A stretch of DNA of 64,000 nt from Fonticula alba ATCC 38817. Its lineage: Eukaryota > Protista > Nucleariida. The DNA is taken from the NCBI GenBank assembly GCA_000388065.2, contig KB932204.1, one strand, 5' to 3'. A model generated the notes under the pieces. That model saw only the letters and a list, made by a program, of their open reading frames with translations, did no database searches and was not told where the DNA came from. Below are positions 50,297 through 61,163 of this stretch, piece after piece (the stretch's first letter is position 1; each line of letters starts with the position of its first letter). The translations under genes and the position numbers were made by a program.

Positions 50297-51763
50297 TCAG
50301 TTCGGCCGCTTGCGGTTGTTCTTCTTGACGATTTCCAGGTACTTCTCGTAGGGCATCTTGGAGTCGGGCTTGTTGACGAACAGGTGTAGCGGGGCCGGCT
50401 CGAAGCGCGCGCGCTCGGATGGGTCGACCTGGCGCTCGAGGGTTTCGTCCTCGTCGGCCCCAGGAGCAGGGGGCGCCGAGCGGCCGGCGGCCGCGGCGGC
50501 CGCCACGCGCGAGGCACTCCGCGCCTGCAGCGCATTCAAACGCAAGACCTTCTGGTTGATGTCGGCATGGATGTCACTGTCATCCTCCTCCTCGCTGGAG
50601 TCCTTCTTGTTGCGGACCTCCTGCACATGGGCCGCCCACTTGACTGGGGGCATGATGCCCGAGAGGCAGCACGGGAGAGGGGTCAGTGGCGGCATGTGTG
50701 GCGAAGAGGGCAGAGACCCCGGACTGGCACACGGGTGCGGCGGGGGGGGGGGGGGGGGGGGGAATGCGGCGCACAGATGAGACGCTGCGCGAGGTTGCGG
50801 TTCTCGGCCAGCTCATGCGGGTGGTATACCAGAACATGGATGTTGAAGCCGATCTCCTCGCCGGCGATTTGGTCCTCAAAATTGTCCGGCAGAGCGTCGA
50901 TCTAATGTACGTCATTCGAAATGGCCACCCTCCCCTCGGAGGGGGGAGAGGAGAAAGGGGGTTCGGGAAAATCAGCAGCCAATTCACCGGAGTGGCGCCC
51001 GGGCATATGTGGATGCAGAGGAGGCCCGACACGCACACTGAGCAGGCCCTTGAGGATACCGGTGCGGATTTCCAGATTCGGCAAGGTCCCATCGTGTAGG
51101 CGCTCCAGCCAGGTCCCGCAGGCGGTCAAGAAGTCCTTGGAGATCAAGTACTTGTGGAGATTTTGCCTGCCGAAGATGGTGGCGGAGGAGGGGGGAATGT
51201 GTCAGCCAATGCGCCGAGATGTGTGGTATGGTGAACAGGAGGGGGGGGGGGGGGGTATTGGCCCAAAAGCGCGAGGCCCGAGGGCGAAGCGGAAAACCCA
51301 AGAGGTCAAGGGGGGGCGAGGACACACGAGTTCAGGGCCTTCTCCACCTGGGGCCAGAGGGCCAGCTTGCGCATGGACGGCTTGCCTTGAGAAAAGTCCA
51401 GGAGATCCTGGTTGCGCGCCTCGAACATCAGCTCGGCCAGCTTCAGGACAAGGACATTCCCGGGCTAGGAGCACAGTGGGCCGAAGCGGGCGAGCGGCGG
51501 AGCGCCAGGACGTCAGTCAGTGAAACACCGGGCCATCGGGTGGCGGTGCAGGGGCTCCGACGCACGACTTTCTTGGGCTTCTCGGCGGCGGCGGCGGCGG
51601 CGGCGGCGGCTGGCGCGGCAATCGACCCACGGCCGGCGTAGGGGTCTTGCGTGGGGGCCGGCCGGTAGCTGGCGTCATCGGCGCTGGTGGACTCGCCGAA
51701 GGTCGTCGCAGCCGACGATCTCGACGGGAACTCCTCGCGACTGGGGGAGCTGGCATGCGTCAT
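50297..51763 (-). CDS. IWS1: Transcription elongation factor IWS1/Spn1 homolog (TFIIS N-terminal domain); multi-exon
   Basis: Spliced frames give KLAELMFEARNQD...GKPSMRKLALWPQVEKAL, FLTACGTWLERLHDGTLPNLEIRTGILKGLL and HPHELAENRNLAQRLI...KWA, matching the IWS1 KPA-KL, WL-PL-DGSLP-IR and NK-LA-LI-W motifs. Confidence 0.8.
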
Positions 51764-52689
51764 GCAGAGGGGACACGGAGGGGTGAGTTTCTGGACGGGG
51801 CAGATACCCGGGGGGAGAGGCGGCGCACGAACCGATCAGAGGGGTGCGACATGTTTCGGCCGGCCGGAAGGGCAGATGGGCAAGACGAGGCGGGGCGAGG
51901 AGAGAGAGAGAGAGAGGGAGAAGAAGAGAGAGGAGAAGAGAGAAAGAGACAGGCGAGGGCGGAGGAGAGGGAGACTAGGAGAGAGAGAGGGAGAGAGGGG
52001 GGGGGGGGGGCCTGTTGGGAGGGAAATCCGTCGTGTCCCGCGCCCCGAGGTGCGGGGCCTTCAGTGGCTGAACTGCCCACGCACATGTATCTGCCGTTGG
52101 ATGTGGATTTTCGGGAATCCTTTTGTTCCCGGCGCCGGTCGAGCCGCGGCCGGCTCGGTTGCGGGCCCCCGATTTTATAGGGGGGCGGGCGGACCGGCGG
52201 GGCCCGCGAGGGCGGGCGGACTGGGCCCAAGCGTGGGAGAGTGTGGTATTTTGCCCGGGGCGGTATGGCATTTATTGTCGGGGCTCTCATTGTTGTCCCC
52301 CGTGCCCGCGCGAATATCCGAGCGGGGATGGGCGCGGGCGGATGCCCCCGCCCTGTCCCCCCCCCCTTGGGCCCCGCTGGCGGCTTTTCTCAGAGGGGGG
52401 AGGGGCGATCGAGGTCGACAGCCGCCCGGCCCTCCCCTCGGAGGGGGCGCCCCGATCTCGGCTCGCGGCTCAGGTCCGTCACAAGGAGAGTGGGAGGAGG
52501 GACGGGAGGCGCGCGGTCGCCATCCGGCCCCGGGCCGGCGTGTCTCAAGGCCCAGCGACTCCGTGGCCTGGACGCGGCCCAGGCGCGACTCCTCCCCCCN
52601 NNNNNNNNNNNNNNNNNNNNNNNNNNNNNNNNNNNNNNNNNNNNNNNNNNNNNNNNNNNNNNNNNNNCCCCCGGTCGTCGTCCGTCGCG

Positions 52690-55600
52690 ATGCTCGCCCC
52701 CCCCGGCGAGCACCCCCACCACGATGGAGGCCTCTCCAACTCCCCGGCCCCGGAGAAGGCCTTTCTCGGGCTGATTTGGACCTCGAGCATCTTGTCCCTG
52801 CTGGCGGCGCTGCTGCTCTTGTGGACCCTGCGAACCATCCCGCGGACGCGGCGAAACTTGACCCTGCACCTGATCGGCTTCCTGTCCATGGCCCAGGTGG
52901 GGTCCTGTGTGTCGTGGTTCATGAAGCGCCCCGGGGCCGAGGTCGATGGGCTGTGTGTGGCATCTGCCGGGCTGGGGCTCTTCTGCCAGGTGGCCACCTT
53001 TCTCCTTTGCTGCTCCATCGCCACGCATTACATTTTGACCGTCCGCCGGCGGGGGTCCGAGTCGAGCGCTGCCCGGCGCGCGGCCCGGACTGCCGAGCGT
53101 GCGGCCCCCGGCCTGCAGCGCTGGGCCGTCCGCCACCGAGCGTACCTCACCTACGGCGCGGTGTGCTTCCTTGTCCCGCTCCTTTGTGCGGTGGTGCCCC
53201 TGTCCATGGGGATGTTCGTCCGAGGCGGCGGCCATCCCAGCGACATCGGGTGCTGGTTCGATGGCGAGCGCTTTGCCTGGGCGCGGCTGCTCTTTTTCGA
53301 CAGTTGGATCGTCCTGTCCTGGTTCTACATCGGTGTGGTGTTGCTGCTGGCGCGTCGGTGCGAGCTGGTCCTTTGCCCGGCCGGGAGGGGGCGGGCCCGG
53401 TTGGCTCGGTCTCTTTCGCCCTTCCCTCCGGGGCCCTTGGGGCGCGGCCGCCCGGGCAGTCACACATTGCTGACCCTCCTGCGCCTCCCTCACTTCCCCG
53501 TGTCGATGAACGGTCGCACGCAGCGAGCTCAACACCATTCGGGCCTTCCACCAACTGTTCGAGCCCTTCGTCCACAATGCCGTGCACACCCGACGCATCG
53601 TCCATGGGGTGCTGCTGAATTTCCTGCTCTGCTGGATGTGGAGCTCGATCCTGGCCCTGCTGTCGTTGATCGACGACATCCAGACGGTCTTTGGGGGTGT
53701 TGCGGCCTCGGGCTCCGGGTCCGGGTCGAGCCCAAGCGGGCCGCTCAGCGCTGCCCAGGTCATGATGGTCATCCTGCTGCTGGCTTTCGGCATCTTCTCC
53801 CCGCTACAGGGGTTCCTGAATTTGCTGGTACGTGACTGCTCCGCGCCTGTCGGCTGGCGCCCCCCCCCCCCTGCCTGGTGAGACTGACATGTTGGCGCTT
53901 GTCGACGCCGCCCTCGGGGTGGAAAGTTGATGCTCGCTCGGTCGCCGCTCTTCCTCCAGGGTTTCCGTCTGATGGCGGTGCGGGCTGTGCCGGGCTGGCT
54001 GCTGCCGCTGGCCGGGCGTGCGCTGCGTCTGCCCCCGATGCCCGAGTACGTGGATGCCCTGTCCTCGGAGGAGCGGGCACAAGCATGGCGGGCACACCTG
54101 GTCGAGGCCATCGGCCCGCTGGACCTGTCGGCTGATGAGAAAATCACCGGCCAGGTGCCGGAGCTCGGAATCGAGGCGGCCAGTCTGCTGCCCAGCCCGC
54201 AGACCAAATTCAGCCCCCTCCTCCCGGGCCTGGGAGGCAGTGTGGACCCCTTCGTCGGGGGGCCCTCGCGGGGTGTCACCCTCGGCAATGACGAGTACAC
54301 ACCGTTGATGATGGCTGGCCATCAGGCGTCCGGAGCCGGCGGCTTCGGTGGTGGCGGCCCGGGCTCCGGGTCCTCCTGGCATCAAGATGCCCCAGCGGGG
54401 GCCCCCTTCTCGCCGGCCGAGCTGGGGCTGGTGCTTGGCGAGCCCCTGGCCGGGACAGCACTCCCCCCGGGTGCCGAATCCCCGAGCATCAGCCTCCCGG
54501 CCGAGCCGGGGTCCCGCGGTGTTTCGGCCCCCGAAGTGGAAGACCCGCTGCTCGAGGCACTCAGCTGGGTGGTGCATGTGGCCCCGGCGTGCTTTGACCG
54601 AGCCGGCGGCCTGGCCGAGCTTCCTGCCGCCGAGCCGGGCCGGCCTCGGCCCATGGGCCTGATGGCTTCCAGCTTGCGAGCTCGCTATGCCCAGTCGACG
54701 GCCAGCCCGTGCCTGCTCTTCTGCTTTGGCCGCCGGCCCGATGAGCATCCCCTGCCGCTGGCGTCCTACACCGGGCAGCGCCTGACGGCCATGGTGTCCG
54801 GCGCGGCGCCGGACCATCCGCTCATCCTGCGGGTGACCCTGCAGCAGTGTCTCCTTCGGGCCCGGTCCGGGGATGCCCCAGTCGAGGCCCCGGGATTGAC
54901 ATTCATTTGCTCCGGACCGGGGCGTGCCCTTCCCGGGGTGCTTTCTCGGCGCCTGTCTCGCTATCGCCTGCTCTACTGGGACGTGGCCGTGGCGGATACC
55001 CTGGCCGGGGTGGGCTCCCGGGTGGCGGAGGTCCCTGTGACAGTGGCACCGGCCCGGGCAATTGCCGGGGTCCGGCGGGCCGATCCGGCCGTGGCCCACA
55101 GCGGATCTCTGCGAACCGGCTTGCAGCATGCGCACGAGCGCCTGTTGCGGACTTGGGCCGCCGGGCAGGCGGCATCCAGCCCCGGCCTCCCATCTCCGGC
55201 GGTCCTTTCCCGGCGTCTTTCAACCCTGTCTACCACGCCGATGGGCACGTCCCCGGCACCTCGGGCTGTCTCTTTGTCGCCGGTGTCGCGGCCTTTGGCG
55301 GCCGCCTGGCCAGCCGGCATGGCCACCCCTGCGGCTTCGATGTCGGCCTCGGTGGCGGATCGCCATTCGGATTCGGATATCAGCTGGTCCAGCGATGCCT
55401 ACTCCAGCGAGGAAGACTCGGATGGTGACCACCCGGCGGCATATCCGGCGATCGACGCCGACAGCCACGGCCAAGACAGTCAATTGGCTTTGGGTCCATC
55501 CTCGCTGGCTCCCCCCTTGGCCGGGTGGCCGGCTGCCCGGAGTCCGGCTTTGGCTTTTCCCCCGGTCCCTGCTGGCCGGCCGGTCTTCGATCTGATTTTC

Positions 55601-55714
55601 CGCCGGAGCCACTCCTTTTCGGACTTCACCGAGCAGGCCATCATCAACGAGTCTCCATGGCCGGGGGGCGCCCCGGCGGCTGGGGGGCGTCCGCGTTCGC
55701 GATCCATTTCCTAG
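52690..55714 (+). CDS. cAMP-receptor-like/Git3-type 7TM G-protein-coupled receptor with ~585-aa cytoplasmic tail; 3 exons
   Basis: Seven hydrophobic helices across exons 52690-53357, 53524-~53828 and ~53960-55714. TM1 SSILSLLAALLLLW; TM2 RNLTLHLIGFLSMAQV; TM3 LCVASAGLGLFCQVATFLLCCSIATHYILTV; ECL2 DIGCWF; TM6 FLLCWMWSSI; TM7 SPLQGFLNLL, resembling the CAR/Git3 QGFxN motif. Confidence 0.8.
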
Positions 55715-56176
55715 GCTGTCGGTGCTTTTGCCGCGTGCCCAATGCACGGCCCATCCGAAGTCCACCGGTTTTGTCCCTGTTTGCCTGGGAGGGGGGGGGG
55801 GGCCTCTGTCTTTGCATATGTGTATCGATGCATGGGGGTGTGCATGTGGACTGGCTTGTGATGGATGAGGAAGCAGCATTTGGGTATTCTATTGATGTAC
55901 ATGCTTCCCCTCTCGGCTCTGCGACCGATGGTGTACCTCCGCAGAGGGGAAGGGAGCGGCACGGGTAGAGGGAGAGAGAGAGAGAGAGAGAGAGAAAGGG
56001 AGAAGGGAAGAGGAGCGGCGAGGGGGAGGGCAGCGGACTCGGCTGGCTGGCCGAAGGCCAAGCGGGCAAAAGGGCATCGCATAAGCTGGGAAAGGGGGAA
56101 ATGGCAAAGCAAGGATGAACCATGGCCCGACCGCAGAGTGCGGCATGGTGCCCGCGGGCAGGCCCCAGGCGGGCGC

Positions 56177-57961
56177 TCAGTCGGTCTTCGGGCCGGAGAC
56201 CTGGCGCGAGGCGTGGGCCACCTCGGCCAGGCGCTTGAACACCTCCACAGTGCCGGAGATCAGGCCGGCGGTGTGGTAGGGGACGTTGTACTTGCGGCAG
56301 AGCTCGGCGACGCGGGGCTGGATGCGGTGGAAGTTGTGGCGGGGAATCGAGGGGAAGAGGTGGTGCTCGATCTGGTAATTGAGGCCGCCGGTGAACCAGG
56401 TGTTGAAGACGCTCGGGTGGACATCGCGGCCGGTGATGATCTGCCGCGTGAAGAAGTCGTACGAGCGGTTCTCCTCGGCATCGAGGATGGGCATGCCGTT
56501 GTGGTTCAGGGAGAAGACGCTGGCCAGCAGGAGGCCGCAGGCGACGTTGCTGACCATGAAGATGATGAGCGCGCGCCAGGGGCCGGTAAGGAGGACGGAG
56601 AAGATAATGAGCCTGTATCGGTGTGGGAGGGCGAAGGAGGGGAGCAGGCAGGCGGGGAGGATGGTGTCAGTATCCGGGGGAGGTGAGGCGCCACAGGGCG
56701 GCCGCAGCAGCGGCCGGGTGTCCACGTACAGGGCCCAGTGGCCGAGCAGGCCGAGGGCCTCGAGGCCGCGGTTCGGCACGTCGGCGGCCGTCTGCACGTA
56801 AATGACCGACTGGATGGCCCAGGAAAGACGCGCGAAGCTCAGCAGCAGGGGGTAGAAGAAGTTCTGGTGGTCGATCAGGATCTTGGACATGCCCTGGACA
56901 TCGCCCTCGACGAAGGCCTCGAGGGCGTGCTCCGACCAGGCAAGCAGCGGCATCAGGTCGACATCGGGGTCGGCCTTGTGGACGTTGGGGATGGCGTGGT
57001 GGGTGTTGTGCTTGTTCTTCCACCAGGCGACACTGAAGCCCTGGAAGAAGTTGCCAATCATATAGCTGTGTGCGCGTGGGGGGCAGGCGGGCGGGCGGGC
57101 GGGCCGGCGGGCGGGCGGAGGTCAGAGGGGGGAGATATGCACCATCGCCCGGGAGGCAGGAGCCGCGTACCCGAAGAGATCGCCCAGGCGGCGGTTCTCG
57201 AAGACCTGATGGTGGACGAAATCGTGCGCCAGCCAGCCGCACTGCTGCCAGAAGAGAGCCACCAGCAGGGCACTGACCACGGCGCCGGGGACGGTCTGCC
57301 AGTAGTGGGCCACAGCACCGGCCAGCAGGACGATGGCCACGGTGGAAAGCACCTTGAAGGCGTAGTAGGCCTTGCTGGCCTCGAAGAGCCCCTCGGCCTG
57401 GAACCGATGCCGCAGGGCGCGCATCTCGGCAACGAAGGCTGGTCGTAGGGGGAGAGCAGGGGGGAAGGGGGGGGGGGAGTCAGCCAGGCAGGGAGAAAGG
57501 TAAGAAGGAAAGGCGCAGGCCGGGAATGCCCACGAGGGGAGCATGGTCGGTGGAGACGCACGAGAGGGCGGGATCCGCTCGGAGGGGGCGATCTCACCGA
57601 TCTGGTACTGGGCCAGCATCTTGAAGGTGCCGACCGGGTGGAAGGCCTGGAAGGCATCGGCCGCATCCTCGCCGGAGTAGGTCATGATCAGCGGCCCGCC
57701 CGGGTGCCGGGGAACGAAGGAGGTCACATCGTACACCTTGTCGTGCAGGATCAGCAGGCACCGACGCCCGGCGCGGATTTCCCGCGCGGCCTGGGTGCTG
57801 GCGATGTCGGCCGAGGTGGTGGCCTGGCTGAGAGCCTCGGCCGACGGGACGGCACAGGCCTTGGTCACCTCGTCCCAAGTAAAGAGGCGCATCGGGCCGG
57901 AGGAGGCCTCCTTGCCCAGGACATCAACCTTGGTGGGGGCGGATGAAAGCTCGGGAGGCAT
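56177..57961 (-). CDS. Front-end (delta-5/6/8-type) fatty acid desaturase with N-terminal cytochrome b5 domain; multi-exon
   Basis: KVYDVTSFVPRHPGG (b5 domain); His boxes WLAHDFVHH, WWKNKHNTHHAIPN and GGLNYQIEHHLFP (the Q-for-H third box is typical of front-end desaturases). Confidence 0.93.
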
Positions 57962-58166
57962 GGTGAATGTGTGTGTGTGTGGGCGTCACGAGCGAGCGTC
58001 AAAGGGAGTGGCGCGGCGTGGAGGTCGGGCGGAGGGGGAGGGCAACGGGGAGGCGGCGCGGAGGCAGGAGGTGATGGTGGCACAGACTGCGGCGGAGAGG
58101 CAGCGGGAAGCCATTCCGGGCTCCCGGACACTGCGTCTTGGATGGTTCTTCAGCGAGAGTGAAGCC

Positions 58167-58170
<4 letters not shown>

Positions 58171-58228
<58 letters not shown>
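58171..58228. repeat. 58-nt poly-G tract upstream of the desaturase
   Basis: Uninterrupted G run; many other G/C runs of 12-45 nt occur in the window, often beside gaps. Confidence 0.85.
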
Positions 58229-58230
<2 letters not shown>

Positions 58231-60997
58231 ACCTCCAAGCGGAAGGCCGCCGGTGTGTTGGTGGGGATCCATGTGTGCGGGTGCGTGCGCGTGCGCGTGC
58301 GCGTGGGCCGGTGAGTGAGCGGGTGAGTAAGTGCGCGGCCGGGGCCCGGGTGGATGTGGGGTGTTGCTGCCAACACTCTGGGGCGGCCCCAACCGTGGTG
58401 CATCTCGCCCCAGGGGGAGGAGGCGCGCCCCAGTGGCCGGGGGGCGGGCCGAGCGGCCGCAACGTGGCGCGGGCCGAGAGTCTGCGCCCGTGTGAAATCG
58501 CGCCCGGGGGACCATCACTCGCGCACAAACGGACACACATACGCACGCAGGCACACGCGCACATGCTTGAGGACCGGTGCGATAGTGGGCGCATGACCGG
58601 CGCCCCCCCCCCGAGAGCCAACGAGTCGGGCCCTCGAACCTCCATCCCCCCTGGGCGCCGGCCGGCCCCCCTGGCGCAGGATCGGGGGAGGATAACAACA
58701 ACACGCCCATGTCGGCCGGCCCCGAGAACACGGCCGGCCCATGCGGTGCCGGGTCCCTTGAGACTAGGCGTGGTTTGGCCGGGACCCGGTGGCGAAAGGC
58801 AGCCTCGGCGGTCAGCCGGGGGTTGGAAGAAAGATGGCAAGCCACGGCCGGGGAGCGCGGAACTCGGGGCCGGATGAGTGCGCTTGTTTGCGGTCGGCCC
58901 CAAATCCCCCAGCCCGGCGGGGCCCGCCCGGACGAGGGTCGGGGCCTGTCCGTCGGCCCCACCCTGGCCCGGCAAAGGGGCCCCAGGCCCGAGGCCCAAG
59001 CAGCGAGCGAGAGCGAGAGCGAGAGCGAGAGAGAGAGAGAGAGAGAAGCACGCGGGAAGAACCTCGCACGCGTGGTTCGGCAGGAAGCATGCCTCGCGGC
59101 CCCGGGGGGCGCGCCATCCACGGTAGGACGGCGCCTGGCCGAGCGGCACAGGGGCCGGGGGGGGGGGGCGGGGACCGGAGCCGGTGTTTGCACGTGGAGA
59201 CTGGCTGTCTAGGCGAGAATGTGCCTCGGCCGTCGTCGGCCTCCAAGCTCTCGGACCCGGGGGCCGGATCATCGCGCATTGCAGCCAGATGTGCCGATGG
59301 ATCGGCCGAGCGAACAGGCCGCGCGCCCGCGGCCGCAGCACTCCCACCTCGTCATCGAGCCAACGTGGTTCGCCCCCGGGCCCTGTTGCCCCCCCCCCTC
59401 CCCCCCCCCCGCCGCCCCTCGCCCCTCTCCCCCCTTTGGGCCCCCTCCATGCCCAACTCCATCTCCCCCCCCTCGGCCGGGCAGTCATCCGGCCCGCCGG
59501 GCAGCCGCTCCGGTTCTCCCCGACCCGGAGCAAGGGACCCAAGGAGGCGATCACCGCCGCCGTCGTTGTTGTGGCGGCGGGCCGCGGCCGGCCAAGCATG
59601 GTGGGCCCACGCAGGGCCAGCCTCCGCCCGCCCGGGCGCCACGTTGGCCAGGCTCCGGAGTGCGGTGGCAACCGCTCGGTCGGTCCAACCGGGCAAACAC
59701 CCGGGCGCCGGTGCCGGTGCTCTCATCCCAGAATGCGACCAGTCGTCCACATCCATGTGATACCCTCGCATTTGATCATGCAACAATACTGCCAACGCCC
59801 GGTCCGTCGAGCGGGCCCGCGGAGTGGCGGCCGAAATATCGGTTAAAATTGTCCCCCCAGCCTCCGTTGTGTCTTGTCCCTTCGTCCGCCCCCCCCCCCC
59901 CCCGGGCTAGTCCCCGATCGTTTGCTCTGCCGATGTTCCCTCTCCCCCCCGGGGAGGGGGAGAGAGCGCCGAAGCGGATGAACATTGTGCCGAGTTTGCG
60001 GCATTCCTCCCATCCCCGGTCCTTCTGCGTCGCTTGTTGTCCCTCGCTTGCCCTTGCTGCTCGATATCTCGGCGGCAACCGGCCGGTCGGCGGCGGCTGG
60101 TGGCCAGCCGGCGGTCGTGTCCGGACAAATGCGCCGCCCTCCCCGCCCCGCCCCAGGGATGCCGGCAGGAATCCGGGCCAGGGCGGGGTGGCTCGATCCT
60201 GCCCGGGGGTGCCTGTCAAATGATCGAGCAGATCTTCCCCCGCCCGGGGCCCTTGTGCGCTGGGCGCTTCTCAGGAGTCATGAGTCCCTACGGCGCTGGT
60301 GGGAGATACATCGTTTTTGTTGTTGTTTTTTTCCCCCCTCGGTCCGTGCGCCCTTGGGCCCCGGGGCCGGGGGAGCTCCCCAGGCATTGCACGCGCTACA
60401 GTCCAGCGCGCCCCCCCGAGAGGAGGCATTCTCCCCGCCCGGGGTGGACGCTCCCGGAGGACAGTGCTTCTCTCCCCTTGCTCCCCACCTCTCCTGCCCT
60501 CTTTTCCCCCCGACTGCACGCGGTCCCCCTGGTGCGTCCTCCCCCCCCCCCTTCTTCTCCCCCGACCTCCCATTCTGCATTCCAGTCTCTGGCACATCCC
60601 CGAGTGGGAACCACGGGCCCCCCTGGCACCACAGCATCCCGCCCCCCCCCCCCCCCCCCTCCCCGCTTCCCGCCGTAATGGCCACTCCCCCTCCCTGTCT
60701 CTCATCCCAATGCGGGGACATCCTCGCCGCTCTCCTTGAGTGAACCCTCGGCCCCCGTGTGCCTTTTTCCGGGGCCTTTTACCGGTCCCTCCGGGAAGTC
60801 AGTGCCTATTGTGCTTCGGGCTACCCCACCATCGGCCTCCCTCTCCACCTTTTCCACCGCTCCCCCTCCCCTCTTGCCCCTTTCGCCCGATCTCCGCTTT
60901 GCTCCTCCCTCTCCTCCCCCTCTAGCCCCTCTCCTTTTCTTGGAGATCCCCGACTCCTCGCGCGTCCTCCTGTGCACCGACCTCCACACGCGCACGC

Positions 60998-61034
<37 letters not shown>

Positions 61035-61163
61035 TTGTGACGTGGATCCGAGATTCGGCCAACAGCCATTGCGGCACCCACTCTAATTCCCCGCCTCCCG
61101 CTTTCTTCTTCCTCTCTCTCTCTCTCTCTGTGCCTCCGTCTTGTCGCCCCCCTGCCCGACATC

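Noticed and set aside
57986-60743. Several 200-560-aa ORFs between the desaturase and the GRAM gene
   Set aside because: Low-complexity GC-rich frames crossing poly-G/C and (GA)n tracts, with no motifs or consistent splice pattern.
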